A stretch of 64,000 nt of DNA from sequence record LC680885.1; one strand, written 5' to 3'. Numbering within the stretch: the stretch's first letter is position 1; each line of letters starts with the position of its first letter. Of this stretch, positions 50,696 to 59,458 are shown piece after piece. A program made the translations under genes and the position numbers. A model generated the notes under the pieces. The model saw only the letters and a list, made by a program, of their open reading frames with translations. It was not told the DNA's origin and ran no database searches.

Positions 50696-50727
50696 AGGAT
50701 AACAATCATTAAATTGATTGTTATCCT
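50696..50727 (+). terminator. Terminator hairpin
   Basis: AGGATAACAATCA / TGATTGTTATCCT. Confidence 0.7.
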
Positions 50728-50753
50728 TATTTTATTGGATTAAATCGTTCTTT

Positions 50754-50768
50754 AAATTTATATTATAA
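50754..50768 (+). promoter_or_regulatory. Early phage promoter
   Basis: AAATTTATATTATAA. Confidence 0.75.
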
Positions 50769-50826
50769 TTATGAGGTGAATGATGTGTATTAATGTGATA
50801 TACTTATAATTATAAAAATAAATTTA

Positions 50827-52920
50827 ATGGAGATGAAATGGATAATGTTAGGTAAAGAAATAATGAGAAGATCTGAAATAATTTACGATGATACGGATAT
50901 AAAAACTGTTTTAAATTTAGATCCGGATAAAGATTACATAAATGAAGAAGAGGATATCGAATATATCTGTCCTAAACATGGTAAACAAAAAAGAAAAATA
51001 AAACAACATTTAGAAAAGAAAGGTTGTTTCGAGTGTCAATACGATAATAAGTCTAAAAAGACTAAAGGTAAAGATTTATTAGGAGAGTTTTACAAAAGAT
51101 TTGGAGAAGATGTTTTTGATTATCCAGATATAGAAGAAGATCGTGTATATTCATCTAGAGAAAAAATAAAGATAGTTTGTTTTAAACATGGAGAGTTCAC
51201 TAGACAAATTAGAGAACATAATACAAAAGCTAAAATATGTGATAAATGTAAATTAGAGGATGGAGGAAAAGATTTTAAAAAGAAACAATTTAAAGAAAGA
51301 TTGAGAAATGAAAATTATGAAATGTATAAGATTACCGATTTTTCTGAGACTGTATTTGAAGGGTTAACTAATTTTATGTATGTTAGATGTAAAAAACATG
51401 ATACGATTAACAAAATACAACCTAGATCATTACTAAGTAAGAATAGTAATGGGTGTTCAAAATGTAGAAGTGAAAAACTATTAAAAAGTAGAAGATCTAA
51501 TAACAAGGTATATAACGTGGAAGATATTTTTAACATATATAAACAAAAAGGAAATCTTTTAAATACTGCGACTAAATATCTTGAAAATTTAAATCTCGAA
51601 CAAAGAAAAGAGTTATTCTTAATGATATCCAAACATAATTTTGGAAATAAGTATGACTATTCTTTAATAGAAAAAGAAAAAAATAATTTTAAATCTAGAG
51701 ATAAAGTAACACTAATATGTAAAGAACATAATGTCGAATTTAAACAAAATATATCACACCACTATAAAGGTAGGTTAGGTTGTGATAAGTGTAAAAAGGA
51801 TAATGTGTCTAAAAGTATATCTGACTCATACAGATTTTCTAAAAGAACAGATATAAAACCTGAAGAATTAATAAAAGAAGTGGATAATGAAAATTTCAAA
51901 GATAATGAGATAAGAAAAATAGTGAGATTAATGAATTTTGAAGATAAAGGAAAATATTACAGATTATTAGGGAAAAAGATTAAGGGAGATAAATATAACT
52001 ATGATAAATTAGTGTATAACGGTGATAGTGTTCAGGTAACTATAACATGTAAAAAACATGGAGATTTTAAACAGGTAATATACGATCACTTTTTCCAAGA
52101 TCATAATTGTAATAAATGTTCAAAGATCGTATCCAAACAAGAACTTAAATTAAGTAATGATTTGGAAAAATATTTTACAGTTAAAAATTCTTTAAGAAGA
52201 ATATTTGAGGATAAAAGAAAAGAAATTGATATATTTATCAAAGATATTAATTTAGGTATAGAGATAAATGGTCTAAGATGGCATTCAAATGATATAAAAA
52301 AGGAGGATGAAAATAATTTTGCAAGATACCATCAATTTAGTAAAATGAATGAATCTGAATGTTTAGGTATAAAATTATTAAACTTCTATGACGATGAAAT
52401 AAATATAAAGAAAAATGAAATTTCTTATTCTAAAATAATGAAAGAAATTTTATTATTTAATAATTCCTTTAATATTAAAAATATAGATTTAAAAGATTTA
52501 GAGATGAAAAAGATATCTTATAATTTCATAAAGAAATTTTATAAGAAACATTCACTAGAATTCTTTAATGAAGAAGATAAAAATTATAGAGGAATATTCT
52601 ATAAAGGTTATATAGTTTCCGTATTCTCATTTAATAATAAGAACGAATGTCATAACTATAGCACGAATTACAATTTAAATGAAGATATTGATTTAATATT
52701 AGATGCTTACCCTAATACCATTTTTAATATTAGATCAGATTCTTATAATAGATATAAATTTCAAGATTATGGGTTCATTACAATAAATAAAACTCTACCG
52801 CAATATAGAAATTTCAATAAAAAAGGTTTAACTAAAAATAGATATAAAAGATTAGAAAAGAGGGATACTAATAATCCTAATAGAATTTATGATTGTGGTA
52901 GAACTATCATGATTTACTAA
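50827..52920 (+). CDS. Hef-like putative homing endonuclease: multiple CxKH..CxxC zinc-finger repeats + Vsr/PD-(D/E)xK-type nuclease
   Basis: Five CxKH(G/D/N)...CxxC units; EIDIFIKDINLGIEINGLRWHS; terminal RIYDCG. The real start is possibly ATG 50845. Confidence 0.75.
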   Translation: MEMKWIMLGKEIMRRSEIIYDDTDIKTVLNLDPDKDYINEEEDIEYICPKHGKQKRKIKQHLEKKGCFECQYDNKSKKTKGKDLLGEFYKRFGEDVFDYPDIEEDRVYSSREKIKIVCFKHGEFTRQIREHNTKAKICDKCKLEDGGKDFKKKQFKERLRNENYEMYKITDFSETVFEGLTNFMYVRCKKHDTINKIQPRSLLSKNSNGCSKCRSEKLLKSRRSNNKVYNVEDIFNIYKQKGNLLNTATKYLENLNLEQRKELFLMISKHNFGNKYDYSLIEKEKNNFKSRDKVTLICKEHNVEFKQNISHHYKGRLGCDKCKKDNVSKSISDSYRFSKRTDIKPEELIKEVDNENFKDNEIRKIVRLMNFEDKGKYYRLLGKKIKGDKYNYDKLVYNGDSVQVTITCKKHGDFKQVIYDHFFQDHNCNKCSKIVSKQELKLSNDLEKYFTVKNSLRRIFEDKRKEIDIFIKDINLGIEINGLRWHSNDIKKEDENNFARYHQFSKMNESECLGIKLLNFYDDEINIKKNEISYSKIMKEILLFNNSFNIKNIDLKDLEMKKISYNFIKKFYKKHSLEFFNEEDKNYRGIFYKGYIVSVFSFNNKNECHNYSTNYNLNEDIDLILDAYPNTIFNIRSDSYNRYKFQDYGFITINKTLPQYRNFNKKGLTKNRYKRLEKRDTNNPNRIYDCGRTIMIY

Positions 52921-52956
52921 TATAATACAGTGACATTAATTTGTCACTGTATTATA
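52921..52956 (+). terminator. Terminator hairpin
   Basis: 15-bp perfect stem TATAATACAGTGACA / TGTCACTGTATTATA, then a long T run. Confidence 0.8.
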
Positions 52957-53160
52957 ATTATTTTTTTTTTTATTTAGGATTTATAAATAACTATTTTAAT
53001 ATAGTAATAGATATATTTCTATTTACTATATTCGTAAATTCTTTTTCTTACTCAATCTCGTAATTTGTTTTGCGTCAAGCAGGTTACATGGGCCTCCTAC
53101 CCGTATAATATTGTACTACACCTAAGTGGATCATAGAAAATGGTCCACTTTGTTTATCAT

Positions 53161-53232
53161 TGTCCCATAGCTCAACGGTAGAGCGATCGGCTGTTAACCG
53201 GTTTGTTGAAAGTTCGAATCTTTCTGGGACAG
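53161..53232 (+). tRNA. trnN: tRNA-Asn (GTT)
   Basis: Acceptor TGTCCCA/TGGGACA, D-arm GCTC-AACGGTA-GAGC, anticodon loop CT-GTT-AA, T-arm GAAAG-TTCGAAT-CTTTC; CCA not encoded. Confidence 0.93.
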
Positions 53233-53236
53233 CTTA

Positions 53237-53313
53237 TGTTCTTGTTGCTACTGGTTAAAGCATATCGAGTAAATCGGTATTTTGTGAGTTCGACTCTCAC
53301 CAAGAACACGCCA
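53237..53313 (+). ncRNA. tRNA-like element with a non-canonical anticodon loop
   Basis: Acceptor (T)GTTCTTG/CAAGAAC(A), D-arm GCT/AGC, stem TATCG/CGGTA with loop AGTAAAT (no U33), T-arm GTGAG-TTCGACT-CTCAC, then CGCCA. Confidence 0.7.
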
Positions 53314-53315
53314 AT

Positions 53316-53660
53316 AGGATTAATCATCCTTACACTAAGGCTGCAGACTTAGTGTGAATAAAATACAGTATGAGTTATATGCCACTCTTATACTGTTAGA
53401 TTCAACTAATGCTAAGGCATATCATTAGTTGTAAAAATTTAAAACTTATATCTAATTTACGTTTAGTTATTAGATTGTATTTTTGTTAAAGAGGACTTAT
53501 TTTACTTAATTGTAATAAGTATCTGACTTTAACTTAATTGGTTTTCTAGTTTTGACCCTAACAATAAAAAACTAGACTATTAAATATTTTATTTCTTTTT
53601 AGCTCACAACTTAAAAGAAAAACTAGGTGGATCATTTTATGCTTTTTTGATCGACTAAAA
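53316..53660 (+). ncRNA. Candidate structured non-coding RNA of about nine tandem hairpins
   Basis: No ORF; consecutive stems, several with 7-9 perfect base pairs; ends just before the terminator at 53678-53708. Confidence 0.55.
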
Positions 53661-53677
53661 ACTAATAAAGCACCCTT

Positions 53678-53708
53678 ACCCTAACCTCATTAATTTGAAG
53701 GTTAGGGT
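53678..53708 (+). terminator. Terminator (CCCTAACCT family)
   Basis: ACCCTAACCT / AGGTTAGGGT. Confidence 0.75.
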
Positions 53709-53726
53709 TATTTTATACATAGTTTT

Positions 53727-53741
53727 AAATATATATTATAA
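53727..53741 (+). promoter_or_regulatory. Early phage promoter with 5' hairpin at 53745-53762
   Basis: AAATATATATTATAA. Confidence 0.8.
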
Positions 53742-53793
53742 AAATGAGATATAATTGTCTCAAATACTTTTATAATATGGAGATGAAAAAGAT

Positions 53794-55743
53794 ATGATAG
53801 GTTCAAAGATTAGAAAATCATTAAATGAAAAATTTGGTTATCATTATAAGTTTTTATTAGAAGATTTTAAGAAAGATTATGATTTAAATAATGATACAAT
53901 TATGGTAACTAAAGAAGCTAGTGACATCACAAAAGAATATAAAATAAAATCATTAAAGTATACTAAAGACATTGAAAAATTAGACAAAGACTTTAAGAAA
54001 GAGGAAGAAGAATTAAATATTAGAAAATCTAGAATTTTTAATTTAGATGAATTAGGTTTAGATGAAGACCTTAGAAACATCTGTAAGTATATAGACAGCA
54101 CTACTAAATTAAAAGTAAAAGTTAGAGAGTATAAAAAAGAAAGTAAAGAAAATATTGAATTCTTTTACAAAAATTTTGCTAATTATACTTATAATAGTGT
54201 AATATATGATATGAGTCAGTTTAAGCCATCAACAATTAGATCTAACCAGAAAGTTATATGTAGAAAACATGGTCCTTTCTTTACCACTCCAGTAGATTTC
54301 TTTATAAAGAAAAAAGGATGTCCGGTGTGTGAAAAAGAAACGGAAGAAGAAAAGAAAGATACTAGTTGGAAGGATGAATTCATAGAAAATAAAAATGAAA
54401 AAATATATCAAGAAGTAAAGGAAGAGAAAGAAAAGGAAAATAAAAAATCTAAAAAAGAAAAGGTAGATGTGAAAAAAGAAAATAAAAAACTTTTAGATGA
54501 AGTATTAAATCCACCTGAATTAGGATATTATAGAGAACCGGATAAGATACCTAATACTGAAAAAGAAAATGAGAGATTCTTGAAGAGTATTAAAGAAATA
54601 GATAGTAAATTTGAAGAACCTAAAGAAGTTGAAGAACCAAAGGAAATTGTTAAACCTAAATTAAATAAAAAGACAGTTGATCAAATAATAGGAGACGATA
54701 ATACTAATCTAAGCAGAAAAATTAGATATATAAATAAAAATATTTATACAGAAAATGAAAGACAAGATTTCTATAAAAAATTAACTGACCGCAAACATGG
54801 TAAAAATAAATATAAGATTGATAAATTTAGACCTAAGACAGTTAAAGAAAAACAAGAAGTAATTTGTCTTAAGCATGGTCCTTTTAAAGTAACAGCTGAA
54901 GAATTATTAATTAGAGGTAGACAGTGCCCTAAATGTTCTTCTACTAGTACTTCTATAACAGAAACTTTTGTAAGAGAATATATTCAGAGTTTAGATTTTG
55001 AAGTTAATAATTATGAAATAGAAGATTTAATCAAACCTTATGGCGTTGATATAGTTATTGAAAATTTAAAATTGGCTATTGAAGTTCAAGGTATCAAATA
55101 TCATTCATCTGAAACACGATCAGAGGCTTCAAATAAATATCATCAATTAAGAAAATTAAAAATGCTAGAAAATAAAGGTTATCGTTTATTGAATATATAC
55201 GATGATGAAATTCCTAATAAGAATAAAGGAATTGGTTGGGATAAATTTGGTAGATTCTTATCTGAATTAATGATGTTTGATAAAAGATTTGATATTGAAG
55301 AAATGGATACTAATTCAATAAAAATAGATACAATTAGTTATTACAAATTCAGAGAATTCTTTGAAAACTCTAGACAAGAATTTGTTACTGGTGATACAGA
55401 ATATAAAGGAGTGGTTTATAAGAATAAATTAATTTCAGTATTCTCTTATAATAAAGAAACACGAGAATGTCATAACTATCATACTATGACAAATAATAAA
55501 TTTGATTTAGAATTAATTAATAGAAAATACAAAGATTTAAAATTTATAGTTAAAAGAGATTCTTATGTGGCGTATAAAATGAAAAGTCATGATATGTTAC
55601 CAATAGCAGAAACGGAACCTGATTTCTGTAACTTTTCAAAGACTAATGGAAATAGAAAAAATAACTATATAAGACAAAAAAGAAAGGATGAAAATGATAA
55701 AAACAAAGTATATAACTGTGGAAATATAATTTTTGTATTTTAA
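53794..55743 (+). CDS. Hef-like putative homing endonuclease; paralog of 50827..52920
   Basis: CRKHGPF..CPVC and CLKHGPF..CPKC; VDIVIENLKLAIEVQGIKYHS; ECHNY; terminal KVYNCG. Confidence 0.75.
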   Translation: MIGSKIRKSLNEKFGYHYKFLLEDFKKDYDLNNDTIMVTKEASDITKEYKIKSLKYTKDIEKLDKDFKKEEEELNIRKSRIFNLDELGLDEDLRNICKYIDSTTKLKVKVREYKKESKENIEFFYKNFANYTYNSVIYDMSQFKPSTIRSNQKVICRKHGPFFTTPVDFFIKKKGCPVCEKETEEEKKDTSWKDEFIENKNEKIYQEVKEEKEKENKKSKKEKVDVKKENKKLLDEVLNPPELGYYREPDKIPNTEKENERFLKSIKEIDSKFEEPKEVEEPKEIVKPKLNKKTVDQIIGDDNTNLSRKIRYINKNIYTENERQDFYKKLTDRKHGKNKYKIDKFRPKTVKEKQEVICLKHGPFKVTAEELLIRGRQCPKCSSTSTSITETFVREYIQSLDFEVNNYEIEDLIKPYGVDIVIENLKLAIEVQGIKYHSSETRSEASNKYHQLRKLKMLENKGYRLLNIYDDEIPNKNKGIGWDKFGRFLSELMMFDKRFDIEEMDTNSIKIDTISYYKFREFFENSRQEFVTGDTEYKGVVYKNKLISVFSYNKETRECHNYHTMTNNKFDLELINRKYKDLKFIVKRDSYVAYKMKSHDMLPIAETEPDFCNFSKTNGNRKNNYIRQKRKDENDKNKVYNCGNIIFVF

Positions 55744-55749
55744 ATAATA

Positions 55750-55779
55750 ACCCTAACCTTATTAATTTAAGGTTAGGGT
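55750..55779. terminator. Bidirectional terminator; 28-bp core identical to the 33089 copy
   Basis: CCCTAACCTTATTAATTTAAGGTTAGGG between convergent genes. Confidence 0.8.
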
Positions 55780-55795
55780 ATTTTATATTTTTTTT

Positions 55796-56479
55796 TTATT
55801 GAATTATCTTATTTGGTTTAACTTCACTTTTCATTTTGATTTCAGTTTTAACTTTGTCAAGAACTTCTGATTCATATAAAGAAGGATCTTCTTCATATTT
55901 TTTAGTCATCTTCTTAACAGCTTCTAATTTATTTTCTAATGGTGCTTCTAATTCTACTTGATTAAATAACCCTTCAAAATTACCGAAAACAAATTCTTCA
56001 TTTAATGGAATAAACAGATCTCCATTGTGTGCTAACTCATGAGCAGTATAAGACAAAGGTACAATTCCTATATTACCCTCAAAATGTATTTTAATAACAT
56101 CTTCAGCTATTTTAAAACTTTCATATGATTTTTTATACTCATAATTAGTTTTAAGTTTTTCTCTGTAGCTAGACACTATATCATATAAAGACAATGGGTA
56201 GTGGTGCATTTCTATAGTTAATCGCTTATCATCATTTATATCAACTTCTGGTATAAACTTACATTTAGTAAGATCCATTTCTGTTTTCAAAGCTTTAATA
56301 AATGATTTGTATTCATATGAGCTTCTAACTATTTTTTCAATATATTTATTAAATGTCTCTTCAGACTTTATATCATCTTCATTATTATACATTTCAAATT
56401 TCTTTGTTTCATCTACATTTAATTCTATTGTTTCGATTAATTTTGGAAGGTCTTTTTTATCTACTTTTGGCATTTGCAT
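55796..56479 (-). CDS. Conserved phage protein with HNH-like motif
   Basis: C..IEMHHYP ... VPLSYTAHELAHNG; late promoter at 56524-56535. Confidence 0.55.
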   Translation of the reverse strand: MQMPKVDKKDLPKLIETIELNVDETKKFEMYNNEDDIKSEETFNKYIEKIVRSSYEYKSFIKALKTEMDLTKCKFIPEVDINDDKRLTIEMHHYPLSLYDIVSSYREKLKTNYEYKKSYESFKIAEDVIKIHFEGNIGIVPLSYTAHELAHNGDLFIPLNEEFVFGNFEGLFNQVELEAPLENKLEAVKKMTKKYEEDPSLYESEVLDKVKTEIKMKSEVKPNKIIQ

Positions 56480-56523
56480 AGATTTAATACCTTCTTTCTA
56501 ATTTTCTTTTATCTATATTAGTA

Positions 56524-56535
56524 TAATTAAATGTT
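56524..56535 (-). promoter_or_regulatory. Late promoter AACA-N6-TA
   Basis: Reads AACATTTAATTA on the minus strand. Confidence 0.7.
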
Positions 56536-56576
56536 ATGAATATTTTTTAGTCTTTATGCGTTTCATGTAAATTTTT

Positions 56577-56591
56577 AAATATATATTATAA
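56577..56591 (+). promoter_or_regulatory. Early phage promoter with 5' hairpin at 56595-56623
   Basis: AAATATATATTATAA. Confidence 0.8.
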
Positions 56592-56653
56592 AAGTGAAGT
56601 ACTAATTAGCTAATAGTATTTCATAAAAATTACACTAGGAGAGTGAATCGGAT

Positions 56654-58738
56654 ATGAGTAGAATAATACTAAAGAAAAACAACTTGTCAGAAGAAAATAT
56701 CAGTTTAAAGGAGGTTAAACGTTGGTTTAAGAAAGAAATAGATTTTAATCAACCATCTAAAATGATAAATGATAAAAATTATGTAAATAATGTAAATAAT
56801 CTTTTTGATGGTGTTATTAATACTATGAAAGAAAATAAAATAACAGATACAATGTTTAGATTTATTTCCAATGATAATAATGAAGATACTAGAAATATTT
56901 TTATTATTTATTCAATTGATAGTATTCCTTTTGTTACTAGAGTATATGGACCAAAAATGAATCTTAAAGATAAAAATAGTGATGTAAATGTAAACGCATT
57001 ATTAAAATTTGTTAAATCAAGCATCATTGACAATTTAATGATTTACAAATTTTATAAAACTACAGATTTTAGTTTCCATAAAAAACTAAGTAGTTTCGGT
57101 AATTATGAAAGAAATACATTATATGATTTAATTGCTGAAATTAATAAAGATGCTATTATTGCAGCATATAAAGAACTAAGTGTGGATAATTTAGGTAGTT
57201 ACTTAATTTCATTAGACAATGAGGAACTACTAAATAAATCTTATGATGCAATTAATTATTTTGATTTACTAATGGATGCTAATATAAATGTTAGAAGTAA
57301 AGAAGGTAAATTGATTCAAAAGATTGACAGAAATGATATATTTTCAAATAGAACATATTCTGAAGTGTTTACATTTAGTCAACGTTCAGATTATTATTTC
57401 GCTAGTAATCCATTATTCAATATTCCAAAAGTAAGTGATGTAAGGGATGATACTAGAGTAGATTTATTTATATGTACAAATGGAAAAGAACAAAAAATAA
57501 GAGATACAAGTGTCTTAACTAGAGAAAATTTATATTTCAATCCATTTAGACAACGATTCTTGTCAGTTAGCTATGAACATCCTATTAGAGAGACATTGAT
57601 ATATGATTTATTCTTAAGTTTCTTCGGTATAGAAAATATTGAAAATACTTTAAAGAGATTTACATTTGAACTTCTTCAAGGTGTTTATTCAGGAATATAT
57701 TCTAAAGGGAATGTTAATGAAATTACTTCAAAATCATATTTATTAAATTCAGAAAATAAACGTGGATATACTAAGAAGAAGAAAAATGAGTATCCATTAA
57801 AAATGAACATATCAGAAACGTTAAGCACTAGTACTCATATAGTAGGATATACTTTATTCAATAACTTCTTATTTGAATATATACAGTCAAGTAATAAAAC
57901 TATAAAACTTGATGATTTTAATGTTATAAAATTAATGAAATTCATTACTTTTGAAAATAATAACACTGATTTTAATGAAGATATTAAAAATGTCTTTACG
58001 TCAAGAAAAGATATATTTAATGGTAATAAACGTATTAATACATCTTCGCATAGATATACAAATCTAAAACTAGGTTTAGAATCTTCATTAAATACAATAT
58101 TTAATGAGGATAAAAATTATATTGATGCATTTACTAATCAATATCAAAATATAATTGAAGGAAAATATACATTTTCTAAACCTGAAAAAGAAAGTATTAT
58201 TGAAATCAATAATGAAGATGAATTAAAAGAAATGCAGGAAGAAATTAAATCAAAAGATTCTAATATAGAACATGTAGAAGAAACTAAAGAAGAAACTAAA
58301 AATGATAAAAAAGAGGAGAAATTAAATATGTCATATCAAATTATTAAAGAAAATAAATTTACTAAAGATGTATCATTTAAATATGCAGGTTCTACACATA
58401 GAATTGATAAAATTCGCAAAGGTGATATTGAATTAGAAATTGCTAAACGTAAATTATTCATTAATAAATTAATTAATGATAATACTAAATTTGCTTTCGT
58501 AGATAGCGTAGAGTTCTCGGATAGTCATACTATTAAAGTTACTAATATTGATGGTGAAGTTCAATTTGTTAGTGATTATGTTGATGTTCTTGAAGGAACA
58601 GATACTTTAGAAGAAATTAGAATTAAAGTTACTAATAAAGATTTAGATAGTGATGAAAATTTAGTTAAATTAATTACTGGTGAAGAAACTGATATTAATT
58701 CTTTAGATGAAGAAATCTTAGATTCATTTATGGTTTAA
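56654..58738 (+). CDS. Large early hypothetical protein; possible internal in-frame start at 58328
   Basis: SD AGGAGAG; internal GAGGAG 9 nt before ATG 58328. Confidence 0.8.
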   Translation: MSRIILKKNNLSEENISLKEVKRWFKKEIDFNQPSKMINDKNYVNNVNNLFDGVINTMKENKITDTMFRFISNDNNEDTRNIFIIYSIDSIPFVTRVYGPKMNLKDKNSDVNVNALLKFVKSSIIDNLMIYKFYKTTDFSFHKKLSSFGNYERNTLYDLIAEINKDAIIAAYKELSVDNLGSYLISLDNEELLNKSYDAINYFDLLMDANINVRSKEGKLIQKIDRNDIFSNRTYSEVFTFSQRSDYYFASNPLFNIPKVSDVRDDTRVDLFICTNGKEQKIRDTSVLTRENLYFNPFRQRFLSVSYEHPIRETLIYDLFLSFFGIENIENTLKRFTFELLQGVYSGIYSKGNVNEITSKSYLLNSENKRGYTKKKKNEYPLKMNISETLSTSTHIVGYTLFNNFLFEYIQSSNKTIKLDDFNVIKLMKFITFENNNTDFNEDIKNVFTSRKDIFNGNKRINTSSHRYTNLKLGLESSLNTIFNEDKNYIDAFTNQYQNIIEGKYTFSKPEKESIIEINNEDELKEMQEEIKSKDSNIEHVEETKEETKNDKKEEKLNMSYQIIKENKFTKDVSFKYAGSTHRIDKIRKGDIELEIAKRKLFINKLINDNTKFAFVDSVEFSDSHTIKVTNIDGEVQFVSDYVDVLEGTDTLEEIRIKVTNKDLDSDENLVKLITGEETDINSLDEEILDSFMV

Positions 58739-58782
58739 TAAAATTAACAAATGCTAAAAACTTTTTAATTATCTATTAAAAT

Positions 58783-58806
58783 GAAGAGAGTTTAAATACT
58801 CTCTTC
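58783..58806 (+). terminator. Terminator hairpin
   Basis: GAAGAGAGT / ACTCTCTTC, then a T run. Confidence 0.7.
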
Positions 58807-58846
58807 TTTATTTTTTTTTTTATAACTTTTAGGGACGTGTATAAGA

Positions 58847-59458
58847 TTGATAGACTTTAAAAAAATGCTTAAAGAGAATGCTAGGAACATAGAAATTTAT
58901 TGTGATGGAGCAATAAAAGGTGTTAAATCTAAAGGAACTAAATATGGAGGTTTAGGTATTATACCTGTTGAAGATGATATATTTGATTATCTTGCAATAC
59001 CTTATATAGGAGAAGATTTAACTAATAATAAATTAGAAATACTATCAGTACTATTTTCAATAATGTTTGCTATGGATTCTTGTGATCATAAAGGTAAAAT
59101 TAATATTAATATAAAATCAGACAGTCAATATGTAGTTAATAGTTACAATAAATATATTGATAATTGGATTGAAAATGGATGGAAAACTAATTCTGGATCT
59201 GATGTTAAAAATATAGAATTATGGGAATTAATGAATAGAATTAAATCTTATGTAAATAGAAATAGATATAAATATTATATTGATGTTCAATGGACTAAAG
59301 GACATAGTAATGAAAAATATAATGATTTAGCTGATGAATATGCAGTAAAAGCTAAAATGGAAGCTATAGAAAATAATGACAGTGCTTTTTCTATAGAATA
59401 TGCTATTGATAAAGCTAATAAATTTATAACTAAATTAGAAAAGAAAGAGGTATTGTAA
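58847..59458 (+). CDS. rnhA: Ribonuclease HI
   Basis: IYCDGA, TNNKLE, KSDSQYVVN, NGWK, VKNIELW, WTKGH and NDLADEYA. Confidence 0.92.
   Translation: MIDFKKMLKENARNIEIYCDGAIKGVKSKGTKYGGLGIIPVEDDIFDYLAIPYIGEDLTNNKLEILSVLFSIMFAMDSCDHKGKININIKSDSQYVVNSYNKYIDNWIENGWKTNSGSDVKNIELWELMNRIKSYVNRNRYKYYIDVQWTKGHSNEKYNDLADEYAVKAKMEAIENNDSAFSIEYAIDKANKFITKLEKKEVL

Noticed and set aside
53070-53109. Host sigma-A promoter TTGCGT...TATAAT for the tRNA locus
   Set aside because: The spacing of 28 nt is incompatible.
53237-53313. Canonical tRNA-Tyr(GTA) or tRNA-Leu(TAA) call
   Set aside because: Placing GTA at 34-36 breaks the stem; TAA requires G33; there is no long variable arm as expected for Tyr or Leu.
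53316-53660. CRISPR or mini-CRISPR array
   Set aside because: The hairpins share no repeated sequence and no cas genes are present in the window.
3911-56501. Short antisense or overlapping ORFs in the track (for example 3911-, 12658-, 13108-, 14459-, 15029-, 20817-, 22658-, 27568-, 29091-, 31586+, 31594-, 31908-, 32643-, 33376+, 33968-, 34689+, 34804-, 35370+, 38585+, 39011+, 40824+, 43763+, 45555+, 47734+, 49827-, 51315-, 53877-, 54229-, 56307+)
   Set aside because: They are shadows of longer, motif-supported genes, with S/L/F/I-rich antisense composition and no SD.
56654-58738. Phage nucleus shell protein (chimallin), suggested by size and early expression
   Set aside because: I recognise no chimallin motif; size alone is insufficient, and a structure search is needed.
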